Assembly (NCBI GenBank): GCA_000708835.1
Contig: DF237308.1
Coordinates: 1-64,000, forward strand
Length of the DNA: 64,000 bases
From: Klebsormidium nitens
Taxonomy: Eukaryota > Plantae > Klebsormidiophyceae
Direction: 5' to 3'
Shown: positions 1-12,566 of the stretch, piece after piece
Position numbering within the stretch: position 1 is the stretch's first letter
Layout of the letters: each line of letters begins with the position of its first letter
Translations under genes and position numbers: made by a program
Notes under the pieces: generated by a model
Told to the model about the DNA's origin: nothing
The model's database searches: none
Seen by the model: only the letters and a program-made list of their open reading frames with translations

Positions 1-738
1 ACGCGCGCGCATAGTGCGCCGTAACTCCGATCACCCTTGCCACGTGGCGCTAAACCCCGAGAGTGGGCAGTGGCCATAGGGGGGTGCTCTCTAGATAATA
101 CAGGTTCCAGAAGCTATTAGGAACGGTGACGCTTAGTGACGTCCGTACCGTCGAGAGCCGAGACCAACCAACTGGGTAGGGCTGCAACTGGGCAGGCTAC
201 GGCCCGCGGGCATTCCCCGGCTGGGCCTTTCCCGGCCGGCGCGACGGCCCGGGGGCCGGGAGCTAGCGTGCAGGGACGCGGATCAAGCCGTGCGGCGCGG
301 CGTGCACACTTGGAAAGTCAAGAGTGTGGTTTCTGGAGATTGCCAGTGCAGAAAGGAAGGACTCCGACCATGCATGGATGGACCGTCGCCTTGCATGAGG
401 CAACTTCCTTGCTGACCAGAAGTGCAACCTTCCGGCATGGCTTCAAATTGCGCGTGCTCGATGATCACTCCATGGAATCATTGAACCGCAGTATTGCCGT
501 GAACCTTTGGTCGCCGTCTCTGCCATCAGCAATCCGGAAAAGGCTCTGCCCGACCTAGCTGCACAAGAGCGGGTTGAACAAACTTGCACCACGCTGTGCG
601 GGTTGGTTGCAAGCTGCGTTGATGCATTTCTGAGCATTTGATGCAGGGCTGATCGGACATTACAATCCAGATTGTGACCTATTTTGTTTATCTGGCTTGC
701 AGAGCTTACCGCGCTAGAGCTGCAAACTCTTCAAGAGA

Positions 739-3700
739 ATGCCGGCTGTTGCCTTGCAGAAAAGGCTGCTGACCAACGTGCATTCAGGCATTCTTCAAGC
801 TGCATTCCGCAGGCCCTTGTACTGCAGTGCACCAGTGCTGGTCACTCATCTTCGGAGAAACTATCAGCATACAAACCCGCCTGCCATTCCAGGCCAGCTG
901 ATTTCTGGTGCGTTAGCTGCTTTGGAAGTTGGTGGAAATTGTGGGACTTGCCACGATTCGAGAAGCTTTGCTACAGTGCCGAGCTCCGGCAGAGTCGCGA
1001 TGGCAGCTGCAGGCGGGGGCCGTTCCGTGCAGAGGATCATAACGTCCATCAAGACAACAGAGGTGAGGGTGTCGACGACCGAGAAGAGGGTATGGTGGGC
1101 ATTGCTTCTCAGGGCCTGTGAAGATGAACGGCATGATGATCAAGAGCGTGGCGAAACATTCTCAATGTAAAGAGAATGTTCTGGGAGCAGGATTTTGACT
1201 TCTGCGGAGACGCTCGGAAGCTTTAAACTGCCTTCATTTTGAGCAAGCTGTGCTTCCTACCTCAGTGAGTATCGCTGTTGCCCTAGCTCTGCCTGTTGCA
1301 TTGTCCCTGGGAAATCCATATCCCCATTGAATCTTCTTTTCGCCTCTTACTGTTCGCCCTCCTTGATCAACGCGGTTGGGTTCCACTCCTGATCTCAGAA
1401 GGCCCATGTTGTGCGCCCATGCCTTCCTGACAGCTTTGTTGCTCCTTGTCCATCAGGGAGGCGGGTTCAAGATCAACCGACCATTCCCCACCCGGGCCCT
1501 TGACCAGTTTGACCCCTGGCTCATGCTCGATGAGATGGGCCCCATAGAGTACGGGCCGGGAGAGGCGCTCGGTGAGGCTGCTCACCGTGATCATGTTGTA
1601 ACTGTTTTGACTACTCAGAAATTGGGCCTTTTTGAGACGGGGGAATCCTGCTCAAGTCAGATGCTAACTTAATGAGGAATGAGCATGGTTGATGGCTCAA
1701 CAAGCATCATGAAATGGTTGAAATTTTGTCATAATTTTGTCAAGAGAGATTTTTAGAAGATAAGCACGCCTTCAGAGTCTCTCTTTTGGCGACATAACAC
1801 ATCTTTATATCTGATACAATGTCCTCCTGCAGGGGCTCCTGACCACCCTCATCGCGGTTTTGAGACCATCACTTACCTCCTTGATGGCGCCTCAACTCAC
1901 AAGGACTCAGCTGTAAGTTGTACCAAACGACTCGTCCAACCGAGAGGATTTCAAGACTTGAGTTACTGCATTGGTCATCCCTCTGATGAACAAGTCGCTT
2001 TCTCGTCCTTCGTGTGACCCGAATCTGCTCCTGCCTTTTATTCTTTGATGTGCCACACTTAGATTCATCTAAGTTGTCGCTGGTTCATAACTCATCACGA
2101 GACTTTTCGCTTCTCTATCCCAAACTAAAGACTGGTCTGTTTCCACATATGTGCCTGATTTGATGTGATATGATGTGGGTTGCAGTCAGAATTCTTTTCG
2201 CCCAGACAAGGTTTCTGACAGCAGCTCAAGTGATCTAAGCTTGAGGCACAAAGGATTCAGCTAACACTATCTGGCGCCTCCCCTTCCTTCGACTTTTCAC
2301 CTTTTTACTTCGTTTGCAGAGAGCCCCTCGACAGTGCCCTATTTTTTGCAATACACTTGCTCGAGCCCTGCTGGAGTGCCGAAATGCGTGCTCAGTTGCC
2401 AAAAGGCATTGAATAGAAAAGTCGTCTGACTGGGTGTCGGTTGCAACCCCCTCTCTGGCGCAGGGCTTGACAGGGTCCATGAAAGCGGGGGACGTGCAGT
2501 GGATGACTGCGGGCAGCGGGGTGGTGCATTGTGAGATGCCGTCAGAGGATATTCTGAAGGAGGGGGGCCGCGTACACGGCTTCCAGATCTGGCTCAACCT
2601 GCCCAAGCGCGACAAGTGGATCCAGTGAGCTGCCGACCGCCTGCTTTCCAAATTAGATACTTCATGGGCTTTCCTGAAGACAGCATCTTATTTTACAATA
2701 GCTTTGAGCCCGAAGCACTGCAAAAGTTACGACAAAAGTGCGCGGATGCTGGAAAATGACGCAAGCTCTCTTCCATCTGTCAGACTTTCAAACCTGGCGC
2801 TTGTGAGAGAATCGGCTGAACGGAACCTGACTCCCAATTTTCTGAAGCGGATTCACGATGAGCCAGCATCAGATTCTCAGCATCAATGTTGAGACCAGGG
2901 TTTCCACTGCAGGCCCCGGTACCAGGACACCCGGTCGGAGGACATCCCTGTTGTGGAGACTGCGGAAAAGTCGGTGTGGGTCAAGGTGATTGCCGGGGAG
3001 AGCATGGGCACCAAGGCCGTCATTGAGACGCGCACGCCCATCCTGTTCCTGCACTGCAAACTGCAGCCCGGGGCCTCGTTCACACAGGTGGGCATACGCA
3101 GCGGAGCCTTCATTGGACCCAGGAACTGCCGCACTTTGTTGGTGAAGATGGGAAACGCAAGCTTCAATCTTTTCGACTTCTTGAAGCATCGTCTAATTGG
3201 CGTCTTGATGTGGGCGGATTTCGAGGTCAAGGCGGGAGCAAATGGCAGCACGACAGCACCTCGGCAAGGATTAGGGTCTCTGATCACGGCAGGCTTGATC
3301 GCTCTGCCTTTCAACCCTAAGCAGTCCAATGAACGTCAGCCTCCATTCTCGGCCCACTGCGACTAGCGTGTCGTTTTCGGAACGTGAGCCACCTCGATAC
3401 CGTTGATTAGTCATCGGCCAACCTCGGGAACCCCCACTCAAGTCCGCTCGTATGGGCAGGTCGGTTCTGATGATTTCGACAAAGGTCACCGACTCTCACG
3501 TCGTTGTTGCTTTTTCCAGGAGGTCCCCTCTAGCTACAATGCGTTTGCTTACCTCATCGAGGGAGAAGGCGTGTTCGGCAACGGCAAGCACGCCACCGCC
3601 AAGCAGGCGGTGTTCTTCGAGCGGGACGGCGACAGCGTGACGGTCAAGAACGACGAGACGGCCAAGGAGACGCTGAGCCTGTTGCTGCTGGCCGGCACGC

Positions 3701-3828
3701 CGCTAAACGAGCCCATCGCCCGGTACGGGCCCTTTGTCATGAACACGCAGGAGGAAATCCAGCAAGCCTTCACGGATTTCCGGGCGGGGAGGATGGGCAA
3801 GATCAAGCACCCCGAGGCCGCTCGGTAG
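739..3828 (+). CDS. Pirin-family (bicupin) protein with N-terminal organelle-targeting-like extension, ~387 aa, 6 exons
   Basis: GT-AG exons 739-1062, 1457-1571, 1833-1912, 2464-2624, 2913-3087, 3520-3828 join in frame (1164 nt). Pirin motifs [63 protein letters not shown]; the His-His-His-Glu metal ligands are intact. Confidence 0.93.
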
Positions 3829-4670
3829 GAGCAGCTGGTGTTGTTTGGACTCCTCGGCGTCTGTGTAATCCGTGACTTTCAATACAGGCCGGTCCGTTCT
3901 GGAGGGTCGGCCGGAAGAGTCCAAATCCCCGAAACTTTGTACATAGGTAGCGGACTGTTCATGTTGAGAACGCAAAGCAAAGGTCTTGCAGACGGGTACT
4001 CCAACCGTCCGAGTAAAACGATATGGGATTGGGATACTACTACGGCTTCGCCAGACATTCTAGCTCTTCCAAAGTTCGAGTTGTATAATCGAGCTGGCAT
4101 GTCGAACACCCGTGACTGTAGGTGAAAGAAAGTTGGATCTGCACTGCCTGCTACAGTGCGCCGAGATTTGTAGTGTATCAAGCTAACCTAAGTTGCAGGG
4201 CCTCGGAGCAGATCACGTGTGGCGCGGTACGTGTGTTCTGCAGAGTTTGAGGCCGCCCCGCTCACATACATATAAGCCCATGCAAGGTATACGATGCAAG
4301 GTTACAATATAATGCAACATGTTGTGCCGCGGGTGGTTGCAGGTGATACAATTTTTGCACATGCAGCGATGCAATCGATTAGCTACCGCGATCCAAGCTG
4401 CAAGCGTTGCACATTCCATATCCGCTCTCGGTGCATGGATATGCTCAGTGCCGCGCTAAATTGCGAGCATGCCTGCAAACGATATATATCACATGGCGGG
4501 CATGATCATGGTGAATGATTCCCGGCAAGTTTGACTGCCAGTACCACGGCCTGCATGTGCTTCATTGAGCCCGGCTATATATACCTATATATGCATGTTC
4601 CTCGCTGTGCTGAAGCATGATGCATGACATGTGGGCGGCGCTAGTAATCGAGTTCACGTCAATCATGTAT

Positions 4671-4783
4671 GATTCAGTAAGGTAGCTAGGCGCTCGGAAC
4701 TCTAACATTGATTCCCATGTATGCCATGGAAGCAGCTATGGCCCGCGTGTGGCTAGTGACGGCGTTTGAAAAGAGAACAGCAT
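4671..4783 (+). repeat. Dispersed ~110-bp repeat, copy A
   Basis: Aligns by eye at roughly 80% to the reverse complement of 44846-44954. Shared blocks TAGCTAGGCG, TCGGAACTC, CATTGATTCCCATGTAT, GCCATGGAAGC, ACGGCGTTT, GAAAAGAGAA. Confidence 0.85.
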
Positions 4784-5315
4784 GGTTTCATATGGATGGC
4801 TACACCACGTAGTAGCCGAGTGTGAACTACTGCAGTAGTACGTGTAAGCTACTGAATCACGGTGGATCATGCTTCTCATGATGCGGCATGGATTGCACAT
4901 GGATTGAAAGTAGGCAGCCGGGAATCAAACAGATTCAGAGCATTTCCATAAGATTGAGCATACTAAGTGCCATCCATGTCGTTTCCAGCTCATCATTTGT
5001 TAGTGGACACCTACTTGAGCAGCCTCGATGCCGGCCAAGCTGGAAGGAGGGCGGCTGGATCGAAGACACGCTCGTTATTACTGATATTTAACAGTCTTGG
5101 CTGTACTTCCGGGCCTCAAGGCCTGCAACACACATCGATCCATCACACGGCGAGATGCTTCGCGCTCCCTCCCTCGCAGAGTGAGGCCCGTTCCTCTCCT
5201 GCTGATTCGTCTCCCTACAATCTGCAACACTACTCCCTAGCCCTATAATGTACCACTTCGAAAATGTTCCGGGGGCTGCCCTGAAAAGCGGGCAGCAAGA
5301 AAAGAGGGGGGCAGT

Positions 5316-8300
5316 CTAGAGAAGCCCGAGATGCGTGTTTTGCTTGCGTGCATGCTCCGGGATGAGCCGTTGCAGGATGTCGGGGGTGGCCCCTTTCAGC
5401 TCCTGCGGCCAGCACTACCCAGGTCGGTTTGATGCACTTCCATGGTCATGGCATCCAAGAGACAACCCTCAAAGACTCTCAAAGGATGAGGAGTGTCGCC
5501 AAACCAAGTCACCTGTTTGAAATTCCTGCTCAAAGTATGGATATAGCCTTCATGGATCAAGACCGACCAACCACAGGAAATGTACAGCATCCACGCTCCA
5601 TCATCCACAACCTTTTCTTCTGCTAGCCCACCAGCCCACCTCAGGCTCGCTCGCAGGACAGGGAACCGCAGAGCAAGAGCAGTGCTCGACACATGGTACA
5701 GGAACCGGTTGAAAGTCACCCACCTGGGGCTTAAAGTTGAAGAGCGGCGGTAGAGGCCGTCCGTTGGGGAGGCGGGTGTTGGGGTCCCGCAGCTCGTCGA
5801 AGAAGGGGTGCACGCACGCCTCAAGCGCCGTGCACCGCAGTGCGGGGGAGTACTGCAAGAGCCGGGACACCAGGTCCACGGCCTCGGGGGGCATGCGCTT
5901 GTGGAACACCTGGGGGGGGACGACAAGGGAAAGCTGGTGTCAGTGCACGGCCAATAGGGCGGAAAACGAAGTGACCAACTTGCGCGCAGCAGCTGGCCCA
6001 GCTTGTCCAACCGATCACGATAGACGAGGAACACAGCCCGGCTGGTCGAAGTGTGCTAGCCCAACGCTTCAACCTGTCACCACTGCACTAGAAGACCCCC
6101 GACCTCTCTTGCTTGCTTTTCACCTTGGGTTTTCCCGGGGCTGCAGTATACCGTCACAAGTTTCTATCGTCTGGCATCGCTGAGCGATAGACCAGCAGGT
6201 GCTTGTACTGTCTGCCCCCTCTCTGGCGAGCCCAACGCTGGATCAACCTGTCACCACTGCACTAGAAGACGACATAAAATGGCGCACTAGAGAAAAAAGA
6301 AGAGACCCCGCACTGCAGCAGACAGGACGGGGTCGAGACACGTCGTAAAACGTAGATCCAGCTGGCGAGCCGTAAGCTCAAGGGGGCATTTCGAGACGCA
6401 CCTTGTTCCAGGGGTGCGCCTTGATTTGGGGGAACTTGAACTCGGTGTAGTTGGGGTTCATGGCCTTGATCTCCTCGCGCGTCGGCGTGCCCAGCACCTT
6501 GATGATCTCCACCAGCTGATCCACGCCGCTCTCGCCGGGGAACAGCGGCTGCGGCACAACAGCAGGACGGGCCCGTCAGCACTCGTAACGTAAGAGCCTG
6601 CTCTCCAGTAGGTGGCTCGGAAGGAGTAGGAAGCGGAGCGGATGTTACTCTCAAGCTCCGTTCCCGATTCAAGGAACAGGCTCGCCTCAAGGACGTTTTG
6701 TCCCGTTCCCGAGAAACAAGGAACAGGCTCGCCTAAGAGACGTCCTCTCCCGTTTCCAAGAATGTTGCACCAAGTGGAGGATAGATCGAGATTATCAGCC
6801 TGGCACCAGCAACACAGATGTTGTTGCGAGTGGAGCAGCTGCAAACTGCTCGGTTTCCGAGGCCGCTCAAAAGACCAAGTCTTGGGCATCCGAATATTTT
6901 TGCTTCGTTTTGCCGCCATGCCACGCACCTGGCCTAGGAGCAGCTCCGCCATGACGCAGCCCATGGACCAGATGTCGATGGCGGCCGTGTACTCGGTGGC
7001 GCCGAAGATGAGCTCGGGCGCCCGGTAGTAGCGGCTGCAGATGTACGAGATGTTGGGCTCGCCGCGCACCAGCACCTTGGCGCTCCCGAAGTCGCACAGC
7101 TTCAGCTGGTGGCTGTGCGGGTTCACCTGCGGGGAAACAGAACGACGGACCGAGGTCAGTGGTTTGATAAACGCCTAGAAAGGAACTTAAGCTCCACAGA
7201 ACTGCTGAGATGGAAAAAGTTTGGCTTGACAAGAGCTGGCAAGTCGCTACTGATGTCCACACGCCCCTTTTACGTCACCGCAGGCACTATTTGCGGATTG
7301 AACGCCGCACAAAGATCAGATGACAAGCTCTGCGCTTAGAAGAGCTCCCCCCATTTTTCATGCAAATCGCAGTAACACAAAAGTAAAGGATTGAGCGGCT
7401 CAGGTGCTAGTCTCTGACTGTCCTTAAGCCATCGGGAGCCGGGTGACCATCCGTCATTAAGCTTGGAGCTCAAACGCTGCTCGGGCAACCAAGCCGCTAA
7501 CCTCAGATGCTTCCTGTGCTTTTACGGTTGAAACGCCTGATTTGACAATTCTAGAAGGACCCTAAGCAACCCGTTGATCTCGCAGCAAGCCGTCTAGGTG
7601 TCGCAACTGACCAGGAGGTTTTGCGGCTTGATGTCGCGGTGGCAGACGCCGATGCCGTTGTGGATGTAGGCCAGAGCGCGGCAGATCTGGTACGTGTACA
7701 GCTTGACGTACAGGAGAGGCATCCGCTGGTGCATCTTGTTGTAGTGCTTTGCAATGCGATACACCGTCTCCGGCACGTACTCCAGCACCAGGTTCAGGTA
7801 CAACTGCGGGTACAGAAATGCGAGGCGGGTCAGCCAGGACAAGGCGGCCAAGGAAACAGGCTGCCTGCTGGCCGGCCATACGACGTGGTAACAAGAACAG
7901 AAACGCATTTCCAGGTTGGGGGCCAGGGTCGCCAAAGCGCCAAGGGGCGCGGTACAGAGGGTGCACGACCAACTGCAAAGTGACGACCAGGCATTGACGA
8001 GAACAGGAGTAGAGGGGCATTAGACTACCGGGCACAAAGACAAGACAAGGTTCTGCTTCGATTTCTGCCCAAAAGCTCGCTTCAAAGGAAACATCAAAAC
8101 CCCGGCGCAAGCTTAGTGGAGACAAGCGGGGGTGTGCACGCTGACCTCGTCCTTTTCGGTGGTGGAGAAGAAGCAGTGCTTGAGCGCGACGATGTTGGGG
8201 TGCTCCAGGAGGCGCATGATCTGCAGCTCGCGGTTCTTGTACCGCTTGTCCTGCAGCACCTTCTTGATGGCCACCGTCTCCTGGCTCTCCAGGCACGTCG

Positions 8301-9050
8301 CCTGGAACACCACCCCGAAGCTGCCGTTGCCCACGATGCGCTCCGCGCTGTAGCTGATCGTCTGCTTCGGCTGCCCGTTGCGGCCCCCCGTCGTGGTCGT
8401 GATGATGTGGCCCATGTCCGTGCTGCTGCCCTCCATCACGCTGCCCTCGAACTCGCCCGCCGCGCCAGCGTCGATCCTGCCGGAAAGGGACGAAACCGGT
8501 GTCAGCGTGGGGACCATGAGAGAGTCACCGTTATCTCAACAACTTTTGATTCTAGCAGCAGTAAAGCCTAGCTCGCAGCAAGCCTGCCAAGTAACATCCA
8601 GATCCTTTGTTGAGAAAGATGGAGCTAAAGAAAACTCTTCAGAGAGTTGCGGTAGGTTGCAACTTTTAGAAAACGCATGACAAAAGTTACTGTCCCTTAG
8701 ATCTGCTCGCCCCTTCTCCTTATAATCCAGCATTCCTGCTCTCACACAGATCTACTTAGCAAAGCTGAGCGTTTTTGAGCTACTCCGAAGCACCCTGCAC
8801 TTTCCAAACCCCCGCCCTTCCGTCTGAACATCATGAGGTCTTCCCTCCCTGTGTCCAAGATCCGGCAAGTCTCCCCGTGCTTGCCAGGAGAGCCGCTCGT
8901 GTCTCCGCCTCACCTCTCGTCCCTGAGTTTCATGTCCAGCATCTCCTTGGGCAGTGTGTCCACGGCGCCCCCCCCCGACGTGCGCCCCATGGGCAGCGCG
9001 CCCGCCGCCGCCATGCTGGAGCTGCTAGCAACAGGGCCCTGCGCGGCCAT
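5316..9050 (-). CDS. GSK3: GSK3/SHAGGY-like protein kinase (ASK/BIN2 family), ~425 aa, 7 exons, possibly longer at the N-terminus
   Basis: Exons 9050-8914, 8476-8146, 7803-7612, 7126-6929, 6548-6402, 5909-5724, 5402-5316 (1278 nt). Motifs [53 protein letters not shown] (activation Tyr), plant TREE motif [10 protein letters not shown]-terminal IPEHARKQ. Confidence 0.96.
6069..6270. repeat. 28-bp direct duplication in a GSK3 intron
   Basis: TCAACCTGTCACCACTGCACTAGAAGAC occurs identically at 6069-6096 and 6243-6270, each preceded by CCCAACGCT. Confidence 0.9.
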
Positions 9051-9529
9051 GCCCTGCGCACACCACAGCACACAGGACGCAGTGAGGCCTTGTCAACAAG
9101 CCTGCCAACCTTCCCTCCTCCGTCACAACTCAGGTGCACTTAGCAGCTTAGGGCCGACTGGCAAACCCAGGTCTGGAGAAGGAAGTGCCTGCAATGTTTA
9201 CTTTCCGGATAAACCATGCCCAGATCTGGATCAGGTAACAAAAATGCAGGGTTACTTGACGAGAAGTTTCGCCTAAGTATGCAACGACGGTCAGTGGTTG
9301 ACCAACGTTTTAGTGACCAACTGTTCAGACCATAGCGGACACGATGTCTCCTCTTGGTATGCCAAAGGAAGGGGCCCCTGGCAACGAAGACTCAAGCTGT
9401 GCTGCCAGCACTCTGTATTACTCGCGACCCTGCTTAAAACGCCTTCAGCAGCCCTACACCTCCCTGGATCCCCCGCAACGGTTTCCAAGAATATGAGCCA
9501 AAGCGTGCTGCCGCCTCCCGGTTGTTTAC

Positions 9530-9760
9530 CTGCGCGTTTTTGCTACTGTTGGCCCCAATTGATGCCGATTTCCTGAGCGCCTGCCTCGCGGGCCGTGTGT
9601 TGGTTGCCCTCCTGGGGGCAAGTGCTGGCGGGCCGCCTCCCTGGGCGTACTCGCACGCACTTTTGTCAGGGTCCGCTACTGCGCTCTCGCAGCCGGGCGC
9701 TGCGCCACTGGCAGAGCTTGAAGCGCGCCGGGTTCGCTTACGGGTCAGAGGCTCTGAATC
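9530..9760 (-). other. Candidate upstream exon of the GSK3 gene (5'UTR or N-terminal coding extension)
   Basis: Acceptor ccccttcctgcag| at 9761 and donor CAG|gtaaac at 9529. The 231-nt exon has no stop and no ATG, and splices in phase 0 to the acceptor gcgcag|GGC ATG at 9053. Confidence 0.55.
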
Positions 9761-11889
9761 CTGCAGGAAGGGGACACGAAGGCTATAAGACATGGGCTTT
9801 TTCAGACCAAGTTTGCCATCGGGTTGTCTGCCCTTCTGAAAGCTGCCTCTGATTCCATTTCTAGTAGAGTAGTGGCGGGATCTCACATGAGAGCCCAGAA
9901 ATGCAAAGCCTGGCCTGGTTGCAGTAGAGGAATGGACCACAATGGTGAACAGGACTTTCGAATAGCAACAACTTTCAGGACCACTGTTGCAGCCCGTCCT
10001 TAAACATTACCCTGAAGGATATCCAGAAGGATTGAGAGCCACTAACACCACATTAATCAGAGCCTGGCTAAGAAAGTCAACCAGCATTCTGAACCGGTTC
10101 AAAGTCCGGTCTGCATTTTACCAACTTCACCAGAACAAGACAAGAGCGTACAAGCGGGAAGGAACACGTTGCCGCAAGAGACAGACTCAGAAGAGCGCTC
10201 TCCTTACTGTCTACATCACATTCAAGAGTTGCTCAAGCATGTGCAGCAGATATGTAGCATTTGAGCGCAAAACTGCCCTGTTTAGATGAGGGAAAGGAGC
10301 AGACACCCCCCGACCAGACCCACAGGCTCTGAAGATGATGAAACAATGTTGTATGACGATGAGAGTTTCCAGAGAAAGGTTACTGCCAGGTTCAGTCATG
10401 TAGAGGCTGTGCTCTCGTCAGAAGCATGTGCCCGCTTCTGGAGACTGAATGTTTCAGGCTGAAAAGTCTCATCAAAAGAGCGGCAAGATGCAGAAGGGAA
10501 TGTCTTTTCGCTGTACAAGTAAAAGCAACCCGTACTTGGAGGCGGACCGCTACAATTTAACGAGGAGGCCGGGACCCTCATTGGCAACAGGTTGTGGGTG
10601 GAGGCTTTGGAACCCTAGTCTCCACCATCAGAAGCAGGCTATGACTAAACAACACATTCCCTACGGACAAATGCAGAAGCCAAGGACATAAGAGGGCGCC
10701 ACGTCAGCACATTGACTAAGGATGAGTCCACAAAGCCCAAGGTTGCAGATTCCCTGAACAATTTTGATGCGGCATTGTGGGCTTAAACCCCATTTTTCAG
10801 CATGTTTGTAAACTTGGAGTATGGTCCAATGCAGGAAAACAAGATGCAATTCTAAGGCGCTGCAAGGTGCTCTTGCCCCTCCAAGGCCTTCCTAGCACAC
10901 ATTAGCAGTCTTTCTCTGCTTAGCAAGCGCAGTGTTATTGCCTCCGAACACCTTTAAGATGCTTTCACAGTCTCGGGCTATGGCCCACTCTCAGGGGTAA
11001 ACTTGCAAGGGTTTTGAGGGTGATGGAGCAGGGTTTGACGAGGACAGAGTTGAGAAAGACGTACCAGAAGAGTTCTCTCCTTGCTGTCTGTGGGCTTGCT
11101 ACGCCGCATCACCGACCGAGCAAGGGCCCAAGACTTCCACCGAGACCCATGCTCTTTCCAAACCTGTTTCAAATACCTCTAAACTTCCACAGGAACCTTC
11201 CCTTACGTGTTGCTGCCCTTCTTGCTTGAGTGAAGCCCTTGCCTTCTTATGTAACTACCAGGGAGGCTGCTGACTGATGAGTCTTGCAGCAAGAGTCTTT
11301 CCTTCTGTGTATCAGCGTAGGTCCACAAAATAGATACAAACGATGGCCTTCTTGTTCCCTACAAATGCCTATATACAGGATGCTACAACAGAATGTCCAA
11401 TGCTTGGCCACACTCTTTAAAGGTGATGGCCTGCCAAAATCACGGTACGATTCCACTAAAGGCTCGTGCATACGCCCAGCAATGAAGCATCATCTACTGA
11501 AGACTCCTTTGACAGGATTCAATAATGATGCTGCGATACATCTTTGATCACGTGACGTCCTGAGGCCTAGCCACGTTATCGTGCCTGAGTAAGAAAGCTT
11601 GAGTATTCAGAATAGCCCGCACTGGGCAGACCAGCCGCCCGAGGCTGCAGACATTTGTCCAATCATATGCTGGTCCTGCAAGCACAAACGGGGCTTATTT
11701 GCACGCTGCAACCGGACGCTCTTGGCCCCCAGGCCCCAGGGATTCCATGCCTTGCCCGCCCAGAACAGCCGCCATGATCTTGCCCGCTTGATACAGTCCT
11801 GCAGCAAGCCGCTGCTTGACTGACACAGTGAATGCGCGCCCACAAGTTTCAAGCACCGTCCTGCTCGCTGACGTGAGTCCGCGTGCCAG

Positions 11890-12566
11890 TATGCAGCGCC
11901 TGTACACTCAGGCTGTACCAAGTACAGGTCTGGGCCTGCACCCGCGCCTGGCTTTTGCCGGTATGGCCGGTATACCGACCGGCGCTATAGGATACGCGAC
12001 ACAGATCTGTATCCTACGATATACGCGGAACCGAGTTCCATCCCGTATGCGTCCGCGGCTGATAGTGGAAAAAACACCTCCTCAGCCAAAGAGGTAGGCA
12101 CAGGCTACAGCCTACAGGACAATCGAGGGGCCTGTACGTACTACCCGTAGAAGGCAGTAAATTCTATATAATGGTAATACGTCAACAGCTTATTAAGGCT
12201 ATAGCCTATCGCCCGGTGGTAGTATGGTACCCTGCGGCAGGTAAAGTTCAATATCTGCACAGCCGTACACACCGTACTGTACTTTTGCTCGCGCACAAGC
12301 ATCATTGTTGATGCAAACCCATCAAAAACCCCGCGCTCAGGCATGGGGACTGTGTGCCGTCGGGCAAGCGGCCGCGTCTATATGTCGGAAGCCTGAGCGT
12401 GGCGGCCGCGCGGCTTGAGCCACGATAGCCCGATCGACAGGATTCAAAATCAGGAATCAGGCCGCAGGCGTCAAGTTCAACAATCACAATTTACAGTACA
12501 CTGTACTACCTAGTAGGACTACCTATGACTCAAAAAAGATAGCTCAGAAGGCGGCCAGCTGGCTTC
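11890..12566. promoter_or_regulatory. Putative shared divergent promoter / 5' region between GSK3 and DET2, GTAC-rich
   Basis: Lies between oppositely oriented 5' ends. Contains 11 GTAC tetramers in 11902-12506 and a plus-strand donor CAG|gtaaag at 12240/12241 that suggests a DET2 5'UTR intron. Transcription start sites cannot be seen from sequence. Confidence 0.4.

Noticed and set aside
136-558. 140-aa ORF at the window start
   Set aside because: Non-ATG start in a GC-rich promoter-like tract upstream of pirin; no recognisable motif or splice structure.
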